Source: Felis catus (lineage: Eukaryota). Taken from it: a stretch of 64,000 bases of DNA. This document shows, one piece after another, positions 40,770 through 53,017 of the stretch. The position numbers were made by a program, and so were the translations under genes. The notes beneath the pieces are model-generated. The model saw nothing but the letters and a program-made list of their open reading frames with translations. It was not told where the DNA came from and did no database searches. The stretch's first letter is position 1. Every line of letters starts with the position of its first letter. The stretch spans positions 144,648,001 through 144,712,000 of the forward strand of contig NC_058368.1 in NCBI RefSeq assembly GCF_018350175.1, in the 5' to 3' direction.

Positions 40770-41600
40770 CGCCCAGAGCCTGATTAGCAGCTCGAGAGGG
40801 AACTTTAGACGTCGTCTTCTCAGGCCTCAGCTGGTGGGCGGGGGGAGGGCGTAGGGAGTCATTCTCCAGAGCTAGCCGGGGCCCCCGAGATGGCGCTGGT
40901 GAGGGAAGGTGGAAACAAATCCCCGAACAGGTGAGGCAGTCTCCCTGCCCGCGCGCTTCCACGCCAAAGCCCGGTGCTGCATGGCAGGGCGGCCAGTCAG
41001 CCAGGTTGCAGGCCCAGGAACCTGGAAGAGCCCTGGGAGAGGCCGCCTCCAGCACCGGACTTGGGGGAGGGCAACGCTTGAGAGAAAGGGCAGGTGCTAG
41101 AGACAGCCCAGTGGGGAGAGTCCCGGGCCAGCGTTCAAGGGCACCGCTGTGGGATCCAGCGCGCCCTGACCTCCGACGGGAGAGACGCGATTGGCGGAGG
41201 CGCGCCCCAGCCCCGCCCAGCCTGGGAGCCTTTTCAAGGCCAAGGCCCGCCAGCTTCCGGTACATTTCTCAGCTGTTTGCGGGCAGCGGGTCGCGGGAGA
41301 CTCCGGCTCCAAGGTCAGTGAGCTCACGAAGCCAGGCTTCATTCCTGCAAAGCGGGGGCATTGCTACAGCCAGTGTGAGGGGCCATGTGTGCAGTGGGCC
41401 GAGGGCTGCGGGCGGGACCTCGTAGTCCGGCGATAACAGTTCGTTCTCGTGGGCACTGCCCCCGGGTGAGGAATTGGTGGTGCCTGTCTGAAGAAGCCTT
41501 CAGACTGTGGGCCCTAGCCGCAGCCTCCTCCCTTTCCCGCACACAGGCGCAGGTGGCCGTTCTCTGAACAGCCTTGCAGTGAGGTGCTGGCATCCGCACC
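40770..41600. promoter_or_regulatory. CKMT2: CpG island / CKMT2 promoter
   Basis: GC- and CpG-rich stretch; reverse CCAAT (ATTGG 41190), GC box CCCCGCCC 41211, E-boxes CAGCTG 40828 and 41270, ERR-like half sites TCAAGGCCA 41234 and CCAAGGTCA 41309; only such island upstream of the CKMT2 coding exons. Confidence 0.8.
41258..41313 (+). other. CKMT2: Probable non-coding exon 1 of CKMT2 (start approximate)
   Basis: Downstream of CCAAT/GC boxes; ends at AAG|gtcagt donor; alternative donor CGG|gtgagg at 41466; the first coding exon starts with an acceptor, so an upstream exon is expected. Confidence 0.45.
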
Positions 41601-43900
41601 TTGTTTGTCTCCTCGTTTTTGTCGGCAAATCAGGAATTTTTCTTGATGGGAAACCTCCATGTCTCTGAATTTGGGACGTTACTCTTCAACGAATCCAATG
41701 TTGGCTGGGATTGGTTTTCAACCTCAGTGGCATCAAAGTGCAAATCGGTGACTTGGGATAAGTAGGTGGAAAATGAACATTTGGAGGCCCTCGAAAGGAG
41801 CTAATTGCTAATTAACCCAACAGCTGGACCCAATTTAAACTGGTTAACACTATTACTAGAGATTCATTATTGAAATCGCTAATCCATTAATAACGAGCCA
41901 AGTAATTGTTTTGCCCCCAGTGGAAGTAAAAATGCTGCGCAATTGGCCTAAACGTGTTTCATCTTATTTGCTCGGTTGGCTCGCAGGGGGTTAGTGTCAA
42001 CCCTGCTTTTGTCCCTTGAGTGGATGACATCTCTGCCCTCAAATGCTCTGGTGGGTTTGGAGAGTGATGTGCCGGGACAAACCCAGATTCTTCAGATCTC
42101 CTCAGTGCTGCCCTTTAGACCTTCCTTCCAGCGTTGCCCTGGCTCTGCGACCCCGCAGAGGGTCAGCTGGAATCCCGTGAGGTGGGTTTAGTGCCCTCGT
42201 GACTAGGCTTTGCCCGTTCAGCTGCTGCCCTGTTTCCAGAAGTGCCACTTTCCCTGTCTGCAACTCCCACACTTTCTCCGTTTCCGAACCCCTGTCATTG
42301 GTCTGTTTCCTCTCTGCTCAAGGAGAACAGACCCACCCTCAGAACTTCGCAAGGGGGCTTCCTGGCCAGGCAGGCTCTTCGAGAGTATATGGGTGTTGAT
42401 AGCTGTGTGCCCAGCCCACTTCCTCCTCTCCATTTGTAGGTGCTTTTCCCCAAAACTTCAGCCTTTAGAGTTAAGCCTTCTCTGGGTTAAGGCTCCATTT
42501 CAGCAAAGGGCACAAGTGCCATCTACGCCCGTGGACTCTGCCAGTTGCGTGGTCAAATCCTATCCGTAGAGATTGGACCGGAGGCCAGGTCCGTTTTCTT
42601 GACCTGGGAGGTTCAGAAAATCATGGGTTAGGAGGTGGGGTGCGGAATGGGGAGTCCTGGGCATTCAGAGGCGGGAGGACGGTTGGTTCTGAGACAGACT
42701 TTGCCTCGGCTGAGAGCCCCTGGGTCTCCACGTCTGCTACAGCTTGGAGGAGCCATTTGTCTTCTTGGGTCTCACTGCAGGGAGCCAGGCCTGAAGGTGA
42801 CAGTTAGAGGTCATACCCACCTTTGCCTGGAAGCCACAGAGGATCCTATCCCTGGCCAGGGAAGGAGGCCACTCCTTTATAGCATTTTAAAGGACTAGAT
42901 GGTTCTTAACTTAACTTAATCTTTTCTTGAAAACAATTTAACTATGAGAGGCGAGTCTGGTAATAGCCCTATGTCTTCATTGTCAGGAGGCCTACGAAAG
43001 GCCTCTGGTTTACAGGGAAAGACTGTAAATATCTCCTGCTTATGACTTGCTACTTGCTGGATAGAACAGAAATGACCAAGGGTGCCCATTAGAGTGACTA
43101 TACATCCAGTGGTGGGGAAGTAGCTTGACCCCTGTGCTCTCTGGGAGAATTGGGAGGGAACAGCCATTTTCTGCTGGCCTAGTAGACCGGCATCATGGGA
43201 ATTTGTTGAGAGTGGTCTGTGGAGCTGGTCCAACCCCAAGGATGTGCTCTGTTTTGGGGTGGCTCTGTGGAACGAGAGCTGACACGTGGTCCTCCCCTTG
43301 GCCTTCCACTGCCCTCCAGCCCCAAGGAGTTCAAACACATGGACACCATGTACAGCTGGATTAGAAATAACTCTGAGTCAGCAGAAAGGCACCCGTGGCA
43401 TCTCTATCCAGGAATCTCAGGCTTGAGGCAGTGACAGAATCTAAGGCCTCCACATTCCAGGATGTGACAGAACTGGACAAAACTCTGAGACCAGACCCCA
43501 GACTCTGAGTCTAGCCTAGGACGGAGAGCTATACAGCTCTTATGCACTCTGACCAAAGGACTTAATATGGTGTGGTTCTTATTTTTTAATGGAAGGGGCA
43601 AGTAGCAACAAACATGATATTAAGGCCTTTTGCTGTGATCTTGCACCCCAGAGAGAAACCTCCCTGGCTTGGAGCCCTGGAATTCTGCCAGATTTTAGCC
43701 ACAATGATGTGAACAATGGTTTTCAAATCTAGAGTCATAGAGGTGTTCCAAGTTAGGGAAACAGGCTGACAGCTTCTATGGAGTGAGGGCCAGAGACGAC
43801 CTCCCTCCTCTCTTCTGCAATCCCTACTTCTGCATAAGAGAGGAGAGAGGAAGGAAGGAGACTAGCTCTACCTCCTTAAGAAAAAGGCAGGCGGGGGGGG

Positions 43901-44110
43901 GGGGCGCCTGGGTGGCTCAGTCGGTTAAGCGTTTGACTTCGGCTCAGGTCATGATCTCACAGTTCGTGAGTTTGAGCCCCGTGTCAGGCTCTGTGCTGAC
44001 AGCTCAGAGCCTAGAGACTGCTTTGGATTCTCTGTCTCTCTCTATCTCTGCCCCTGCCCCACTGTCTGTCTCTCTTTCTCTCAAAAATAAAAAATTTAAA
44101 AATTTAAAAA
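43901..44110 (+). mobile_element. CanSINE
   Basis: Head preceded by a G run; imperfect TSD aagaaaaaggcaggc / aagaaaagggaggc. Confidence 0.9.
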
Positions 44111-44461
44111 AAGAAAAAGGGAGGCTGGCTCAGTGTCCCCTACGTGGCTGGCACGCACATTGGGCACCTGGTGTGTGAGTGGAGAACACTGACATCTGGG
44201 CCACTTCAGGAGTGTGAGGACAAAGAAGGAGAATGGCTTATAATATTCTGGGACTCTGGGGAGTCACACGCTTTGAGGTAATGTTTCTGTGCCCAGGAGC
44301 TGTCATGATAAAAGGAAAGACACACCTGGGTTCAAATCCCAGCTCATTCAACATGCTGTGAGACCTGGAGAAGGTCACCTAATCTCTCTTGAGCCTGTTT
44401 CCCCATTTCTAAAATAATGCTTACTTGGCAGGATTGTTGCAAAGACTAAAGACAATTTGTA

Positions 44462-44483
44462 TATGTGCTGCCAAAGCGAGCAC
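44462..44483 (-). pseudogene. 3'-truncated U6 snRNA retrocopy (U6 nt 1-22)
   Basis: Reverse complement GTGCTCGCTTTGGCAGCACATA vs U6 GTGCTCGCTTCGGCAGCACATA (one CpG-type change); perfect 18-bp direct repeats gactaaagacaatttgta at 44444-44461 and 44484-44501. Confidence 0.9.
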
Positions 44484-45864
44484 GACTAAAGACAATTTGT
44501 AAGACTCCTTGCATGGTGGTGTCTTATGGTGGGAGCTCAATAAATGTTTTAAAAAAAAAAAAAAAGACAGGTTTGACTGGGCACGCAGGGATAGCGGCAA
44601 GGACATCCCAGGTGGAAAGGTAGAGCAGAGGGTTAGAAGTGGGTGAAGCCTGAAGGTTGTAGTAGGTAGGTGAGGGGTTGTCAGCTAGGGGTAAGATCCC
44701 CTGATAACAGGTGTCAGAGAACTTAGCCCCACTAGTTAAATCCATTTACTGAACTCAGATGTTGGTTTTCAGAGCATGATCAGTGGATCTGAAAGTACGC
44801 ACTGGGCTCCTTCTAGAATGTAGTCTTGCTCTCAGATTACAAATAAAACGATTGAATGAAACATTTTAAATGCTAAAAATGTAAGCTAAAATTAACCAAC
44901 ATTCAGGGAAGGGGCAGACCAGTGCTGGTCGAGATAATCAGGGGTGGCTTTGAGGAGAGAGTGGTAAGTGTCCCATAACCTTAGGGTCCTTAGGGAGAAG
45001 GGACTCAAATATATTCAGTGCTTGCTGCAGCCTGTCACTTAATCCTTACAACATATGGGGAGAGGTTTCGTTGAGCCTGTTCTGTAGATGGAGACCCAGT
45101 GAGGTTTGGGAATCACCTGTGAAGCTCTTTGACAGACACATGTGATGGCTCCATTCTTGCAGAAACTCATTCAAAAGATAGAGCCTAGAAATCTGGATTT
45201 TTAACACACTTCAGAGTTGATTTACTTTTTAGCTTTTTACATTTTTAAATCATGAAGTTAGATATGCTGTTTTTACAAGTGACACAATACAGAGTTCTAT
45301 GAAGAAAAATGAATAGTCTGCTTCCCCCCAGTCTGTTCCTCTGAAGTAACCCTTTTAGCAGTTTGAATAACTAGTGTGAATAACCTTCAATACTTATGTT
45401 CACTTAAATATATGCAAATGCATATATATTTATATTGTTATAAAACTGGAACCATTCCTAGTCATTATTAAGCAAGTAGTTTTTCCTTTGAGCCTAAAAA
45501 TATGGCATAAATGTTTATCCAGGTTAAGTGGAGGTGGTTTTAACTAATTCTTGAATAGCTGAGGAATATTCCACTGTCTGAATGTGCCACACTTACTACA
45601 ACCCTTCTGATGGGCGGGTGACCTCCAGGTTTTGTTTATTTGTTTGCCACTACAAACAGTGCTCCCTCATCCTGGGACTCTCTTCTTATGTACTGGCAGC
45701 TGTATTGCTGCAGGATGGATTCCCAAAGTGTGATGCCGGGCCAGTGGGCATGCGCATGTTCATAGATGTTTCTTGGTTCACTTTCCAAAATGGTTGTAGG
45801 GGCTCACTGAGCAGTCCAGGTGATTCTGTTCACAGCAGATGAGCATGGGCCTTTATTTACTGCT

Positions 45865-47081
45865 TCCCCGCAGCTTTATTGCAGTGAAATTGACATATGA
45901 CAGTGTATAATTTTAAAGTATACAGTTGGGTACATGTTTCTATTGTCCAGTGATTGCCAGCATAGCACTAGCTAACACCTCGATAGCATCCCATAATTAC
46001 CATTTCTGTTTTGTGGTGAGAACATTTAAGATCTACCCTCTGAGCAACTTTTGAGGATATAATACAGTGTTATTAATTATACTCATTATAGTATACATTA
46101 GATACTCAGGTTTTTAGTTTTGTAACTGGAAATGTGTACCTTGGACCAACATCTGTCCACGTCCTCCATTCCCCATCCCTAGTAACCACCACTGTACTCT
46201 GTTTCTAGGAGTTCATTTTTTAGCTCCCATATAAGTGATATCATACAGTATTCCTTGTTTAACTTAAGTATAAATATAAATATATAAATACATATACATA
46301 TACGGACCACATCTTCTGTATCCATTCATCCTTTGGCAGACCCTGGGTTGTTTCCATATTGTGACTCTTGTGAAAAATGCTCTAATGGACACAAAGATGC
46401 AGATGACTCTTTGAGATACTGATTGCATTTCCTTTGAACATATAACCAGCAGTGGGAATGCTGATCATATCGAAGTTCTATTTAATTTTTGAGTTATCTA
46501 CATACTGTTTTCCATAGTGGCTATACCAATCCATTTACATTCCCACCAAGAGTGCACAAAGGTTCCCTTTTTCCACATCCTCACAAATAGTTACATCTTG
46601 ATTTTATTTTATCTTTTTTACTGAAGTATAATTAACATACAGTGTTATATCAGTTTCCGGTGTACAACATGATTCAACAATTCAGTACATTGCTCTGTGG
46701 TCATCACAATAAGCGTAGTCACCACCTGTCACTAAACAACGTTATTAGTATTATTGACTATATTCCCTATGCCGTCCTTTTCATCTCTGTAACTTATTTC
46801 ATAACTGGAATTTTGTACCTCTTAATCCCTATCATGTATTTCATCCATCCCCCACCCATCTCCCTTCTGACAACTACCAGTTTGTTCCCTGTATTTAAGA
46901 GTCTATTTGTTTTTGTCTCTTTTTTCTTGGTTCGGTTGTTTTATTTCTTCAGTTCCACATATAAGTGAAATCGTGTGGTATTTTTCTTTTTCTCTCTTAC
47001 TTATTTCGCTTCACATTATTAGGTCCACCCATGTTGTTGCAGATGGCAAGATCTCCTGCTTTTTTATGACTGAGTAATATT

Positions 47082-47127
<46 letters not shown>

Positions 47128-47545
47128 CACACCTCTCTTCTTTATCCATTCATCTATTCATGGGCAGTTGGGTTGTTTCCGTATCTTAGCTATTGTAAAT
47201 AATGTTGCAATAAACATGGAACTACACATATCTCTTTGAAGTATTACTTGTTTTCTTTGGGCAAATACCCAGTAGTAAAATTACTGGGTTCTGTGGTATT
47301 TCTATTATCAGTCTTTTGAGGAACTCCCATACTATTTTCCACAGTGGCTGTGCCAATTTGCATTCCCACCAACAGTGCACCAAGGGTTCCTTTTTCTCTA
47401 TATATTTACCAACACTTGTTATTTCTTGTCTTTTTGATTATAGCCACTCTGATACATATAAGGTGCTATCTCATTGTGGTTTTGATTTGCATTTCCCTTA
47501 TGATTAGTGATAGAGCATCTTTTCATGTGTCTGTGGGCCATCTGC
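45865..47545 (-). mobile_element. Two adjacent L1 3'-end fragments (about 45865-46600 and 46605-47545), the second containing (GT)20 at 47085-47124
   Basis: Two repeats of the antisense L1 3' UTR to ORF2-end series (ccatactgttttccatagtggct...cattcccacca). Confidence 0.85.
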
Positions 47546-48585
47546 ATAGCATGGATCTTTATTTAGTGGTCTCCACAGAAACAAAATTTCTGATTTGGAG
47601 TAGCTAAGTGTAATCATCCTGTAGAAAAGGTCCTGCACTCCAGCCTCAGGGTGCCCTGGGCAAGCAGCAGACCTACGAAGTCCCTGTAGATGGGGCCGAG
47701 AAGGAGAAGATATCAGGTCAGGGCTGAAGAAAATGAGCGTGCCTGGGAGGAAACTACAGTTACCAGAAGGGTTGCAGTCTGGAGGGCAGAAACAGCGCAT
47801 CCCTGAAGGACCAGGTATCCTTGGGACAGTGAGGAGCCTAGGGACAAGGCTCAGTCTTGGCTGTGGAAACCCAGGAAAACCCTAGAAGACAGCTTCACCC
47901 AGAAAGTGGCCTGAGAAAGCACCCTGGGAAGAACCTTATGTGGCTCCAGGCAGGCTCCGCAATCATCCCCTTGACCTTCCCAGGTCACTGGTGGGTGCTT
48001 TCTGTGTGTTCAGTTGGTAACCCTGTCAGTCATAAGGAGTGAAGAAGCCCTCAGACCACTTCCCTGGGACAAAGCTGGGCTGTTTGCTGAGGTGAAGGGA
48101 CAATGTTCTCAAACACAGTGGCAGCAGGTAGGGGTAACCTCTCAAAAGTAGCACAAAGTAATATTGACAAAAGTGGACACATGTTCAGCCCTTAATAAGT
48201 GCCAGATACTGTTGTCCAGGTTGTACATGGACTTCCTTTTGAATCCTTTCTCATTTTTATTATTATTTTCATTTTATATTTGAGAAAAGTAAGACTTGGA
48301 AAGCAAAGTAAACCTTTCTCAAGACAGTAGAGAATTGTAAGTGGCAGAGCTGGATATAAATCCAGGATTCTGGCTTCAGAGCCTCCAATCATGATACTAC
48401 ACCTGTGTCTGTTTGTTGTCACTAGTTCCCTGTCACTCTCTGGTGTCCAAACAGGGCCTGGGTGAGCACCCAGGAAGGCTGAATGAGAGGATTTAGAAAC
48501 AGGGTGGATAGCTGGACAATTGCCATCCTTTCCAGACTAGACCTCTCTTATAAGCCCTCAATCACTTAAAAGAACATTCCCTCCA

Positions 48586-48700
48586 GGGGTGCCTGGCTGG
48601 CTTAGCTGGTAGAGCGTGCAACTCTTGATCTTGAGGTTGTGTGTTCAAGCCCCATGTTGGGGGTAGAACTTACTTTAAAGAAAGGAAAGAAAGAAAAGAA
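48586..48700 (+). mobile_element. Short tRNA-like CanSINE-related retroposon
   Basis: tRNA-like head, no CT tract, GAAA tail, TSD acattccctccag / acattccttccag. Confidence 0.8.
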
Positions 48701-49045
48701 AGACATTCCTTCCAGAATACATCACAGACCCCTTCTGTTCAACCTGATCGTCCTGTCTTTGCCTGACCCCAAGGCTGCTCCCCAGCCAAGATTCCCAGTC
48801 AAGTGAAATTCTCAAGTCAGAAGAAATTCTCAGTCCACACCTGATTGGTCAAAAAAGCCCTGTGGGCCCACGCACTAAGTATCTTGGAAATTCTGCCATC
48901 TATCTCCATGAAACCTTCCCTACCACCATGGGGAGAAGCCTGGAGAATCTCCTGCTTAGTTTATTCCAGGACACTAGGACATCGTTTCTCTGCCTCTAGA
49001 CCCCTTTCCCTTCCTCACCAATTTAGTAACATCAGCCACAATAAC

Positions 49046-49242
49046 TTTTTTTTTTAAGTTTATTTATTTATTTTGAGAAAGAGATGAGCAGGAGAGGGTC
49101 AGAAAGAGAGGGAGAGTCCAAAGCAGGCTCTGCACTGTCAGCACAGGGCCTGACGCAGAGCTCGAACCCACGAACCGCGAAATCATGATGTGAACTGAAA
49201 TCAAGAGTCAGATGCTCAACCAACTGAGCCACCCAGGCACCC
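49046..49242 (-). mobile_element. CanSINE
   Basis: T tail, GA tract, reverse head. Confidence 0.9.
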
Positions 49243-51001
49243 TGAGCCAGAAGAACGACTAATGCCTTTATGTCAGTATTTGTGCTAAGGGCTCTTTTAA
49301 TCCTCACAAAACCTCTATGAGTAGGGCCTATGATTAGCCTTATTGTACAGGTGAGGAAACTGAGCAACACTTCTCAAACAATTTGTGGCCAAAGCTGTTA
49401 TTAATATCTAATCCATAGTACACCAATACATTTGTAAAACACAATAAGGCACAATTACTAGAAAAATAAAAGACCCACAAAATACCAGCTTGAATTTTCT
49501 TCATTAAAATTTCTCTATCAATGTGTCATAAGTGTTCTAAATGCTTACTCTCAGTTTCTATACTTCTCTCATCATGAAGTGGTTTAACAGTCCACAGACC
49601 ACACCTTGGCAGCATTAGTCTGGAGCCAACCTTCCATAAATCTAGTAAAATTATTCCTCTGCGAAAAACCCTGTCCTTTGACCATCTCAGAATCAAGTTC
49701 CAGGTTTCACAGTGACGTTCTTCTTGTTCTGGCTTCTACAGCTCTCTCTGCAGTCTCTACCCCTGCCTTTGACCTCCCTGGCTGCCCACTGCCCTCATGA
49801 CTCCCTGCCTCTGCATGTTCTCCTCTGTCTGCAGTGTCCTCCTGGCAAAGTGACATCCCCAGAGGTTTTTCACCTTCTCCAGAAAAATCCTCCTGATCCT
49901 CCAGCAGACTTGGGTCTTCTCCCCTGTTAATTCTCTTTGCTCATGTCACTTGTGATTATAATCTGTTTTTACAATGATCTCTCACTCTGTCTCTCTTACC
50001 AGACCATGAGCTTCGGGAGGGCAGCCCCAGTATCTGACACAGGAATTGATTCTCTAATGTTGTTCAATGGATGGATAGTCAGACAGACAGGTGGACAAAC
50101 GGGTGGATGAATAAATGAGATTCAAGGCTAGCTCTCAGGCTGCAGTGTGACCCTCTCCACTGCATTCACACTTTGCATTGGTCACTCACTGAGGGGTTGG
50201 CCTTGACCTCATTCGCATGTGTCCCTCAAAGCTACAGGTGTTCTAGAATGTAGAATCAGTCAAGGTTGTCCCTCAATCATGGGGTTTTCCTTGGACCTTT
50301 GGGGATAGGCAGCCACCACAAATCCTAGGCAGATTCAGTCCCAGTTTAATTCAACTCTAGAAATTTTAGGGCAATTATTTTCCATAGAGTCCCTCCAAAG
50401 CCCAATTTAGGTTAGTGACATTGGCCCAGGATGCTGGGTCTTTATCCTGATGATTCTGGACCCAGGCAGAGAACAGGGGTATAGTTAGCCTTGATTCCTG
50501 TCTCCCTTTCTACAGCATTCAAAGGTAGATTAAGTCTCGTGTGTACTAAGGGCAATGGCCATTCTCCCACTTGGAAGATGCCTGGAAAGCAGCTGGCCAG
50601 AAAGAGGCAATGCATGCAGGCATCCACAGCCGTGTTTATGCACGTGGGTGTGCAGTGTTGGTCATTGTTTTTGCTCTAATCCTTTGTGGTTTGTGACCTG
50701 GTACCAGTCACAGGGCAGGCAAGGGCAAGAAATACCTTGGTCTGAATAACACAAGACAAGTACATTGTAGCTGAATGGTGTGGTCCCAAATCAGACTGTG
50801 GTCTCCCAGGAGCTCCCAAGGGGCTCTGGCTTCCCTGGTAGAACACCTCTCCCATGACTTAGAGTGGCCCAGGAATGGTGCTGCTTAAGAGCATAGACTG
50901 TGAGAACAAACTGCTGGCCTTGAATTCCAGGAGCAAGTTATGTTACCTTTCTTTACCTCCATTTGCCCATCTGTAAAGTGGGGATAATAAGAACATCAAC
51001 C

Positions 51002-51214
51002 GGAGCACCTGGGTGGCTCAGTTGTTTGAGCTTCTGGCTTCAGGTTAGGTCATGATCTGGAGGTTCATGAGTTTGAGCCCATACCATCAACATGGAGCCC
51101 CAAGCACGGATTATTATCCCCCAAGCAGAGATTCTCTCTCTCTCTCTCTCTCTCTCTCTATTTCTTTCTCTCTGCCCCTCCCTCCAAACAAACAAACAAA
51201 CTTAAAAAAAAAAA
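51002..51214 (+). mobile_element. CanSINE variant inserted into a MIR
   Basis: TSD aagaacatcaacc 50989-51001 / aagagcatcaacc 51215-51227. Confidence 0.85.
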
Positions 51215-52111
51215 AAGAGCATCAACCTCATGAGTCTGTTGTGAGGATTGAATGGGCTAATAGCCATAAAGCCCAGCACATGAGTGCTACATAGGAATTT
51301 TCCCCTCAGACTCTGAGCTCTGTAAAACCTGTCCCACAGACAACAGTCACTTAAATATTTATCAAAACACTTAATAAACACTTAAATATTTATCAAAATA
51401 AAATAAAAAGATACCTATCATCACCACCTCATCATCCTGTCTTCCCTCTCCCTTCATCACTGCTCACTGTGACTTCTCTCCACCTGAAGCACGTCAGTGT
51501 CATTCACAGTGACTTTGACCCACACCACCGGACTACTTCTGGGAGTTCGCTGTCAAGATGTTCCTGGAGGGTGGAAGAAGCACTGAGTGTACACCCTTTG
51601 GTTCTGCTTTCCCTCAGGGGTGCCCAGAATGATGCCTGTGTGTTGGTTGGCAATTTGGCCGTGAGCTCCCTGTGAAAACCCTGACTGAGAGAAACCATTC
51701 AGTATCCTAGGAAACCATGAAGGACCAACGCAGCTGGAACTGACTAGCAGCTACATTCCTTAGGAGACCAGAGGTTGGCTCCATCCAAACGTACTGTAGT
51801 TTTGATTATTAAATCTTATAAGTAAAAACACGATCTTCATTTAAATGAGTGCCTACTAAAACTCTATATGTACTTTACCTTCATCTGTGTGACCTTGAGC
51901 TGTTTGTTAACCTCTGTCTTTGAGTTCCCTCATCTGTGACATGGGACAAGATATTTGCTCCTCAGGGCTGTTGTGGAGAAAGTACCTGGCCCTTAGACAT
52001 ACTCCCTAATTTTGATTTTCCGCCCTTATTAAGACATGGGAAAATTTTCAGTAATTATGTAACAGTGAAATGGGTTGTTCTGGGAAGTGGTGAGATGCCC
52101 TGCTCTGCTGG

Positions 52112-53017
52112 TGTTGGAGGAAGGCTGAGGGGAAGGGGGTGCCTGCACTCCGGCCAACTACTGAAGTCCCTTTGACTCTGAGTCACCATGTTCATTCCCT
52201 CACTTAGCATTTATGGCAAACCTTCATGCACAGGCCAGTGGGCTTGAGAAGCAAGAAGAATTGTGACCTCGTCCTATGGTCATTGGGTCTTGTCTCTATG
52301 AAGTGTGGGATCAGTTCTGAGGGATGTCCACCCTTGGCTGGAGCCCTGCTGAGCTGCTGACGCAGTACTCCCCCACCCATAGGAAGGGGAGAAAACAAAA
52401 TTATTGCTTCCTAGTGAAAAAAAGGGAAAGAGCCCCTCCCCTTTTCTTAGAGCATTTTCTTTAGAAAACTTGTAAGTTCTTCCTCTGTCCCTTTGAGATA
52501 TATATAAATCTTATTAAGAGTAAGCAAGGATCCATCCAGTTTTACAACCTAGAAATGTTTTTCTTGAGGGGCTGGGAGCATTTCTTTGAAATGTATACAT
52601 CAAGAAGGATAGGCCCCTACCTCCCAGTCGCCAGATGCCAGGCTTCAAGTTGTAAAACTACCTGCTGTCATAGCAACAAGAGAAGCTTATTTTTCTTTTG
52701 GATAGAGGCAATTAGCTAACACAAATGGCCACCCCAGTTTGAGATGAATTTAGAATAAGCTCTGTGTGACAAATAATGCTGTTATGTCCTCTTACTTGAG
52801 TTACCTCGAGAGCATGTATGTTAATGGCCGTATCCGCATGGCTCAAAAAAAAGGGTGAGATTTGGTTCTGTTTTTGCAACGTCTTTTAGGAGACTGCCTG
52901 CGATACGTATCACAGTCTGGCTTAGTGCGTAGTCAGCAATAAATTTCTTCTCTTTCTTTCCTATAATTTGTGGAGAGGCATTTCTGGATGACAGATTTTA
53001 GTTAAATTTCCCCAACA
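52112..53017 (+). mobile_element. ERV1-type solo LTR (MER34/MER39-like)
   Basis: TGTTGG...CCAACA inverted termini, AATAAA near the 3' end, internal motifs (agagcattttctttagaaaacttgtaa, tctttgaaatgtatacatcaagaag) recalled from that group; no clean TSD; 5' end uncertain. Confidence 0.55.

Noticed and set aside
40765..41599. Overlapping 164-166 aa ORFs on both strands
   Set aside because: They lie in the CpG island, where stop codons are rare; Arg/Gly/Pro/Ala-rich with no recognisable domain
44418..44435. U1-like sequence (cttacttggcagg) beside the U6 insert
   Set aside because: Short, and it falls where the MIR core continues (…aaaataat…ggattgttg…); not an snRNA chimera
48586..48660. Possible tRNA gene
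   Set aside because: CanSINE-type 5' end, A-rich tail and TSD; no clean acceptor stem, so a retroposon
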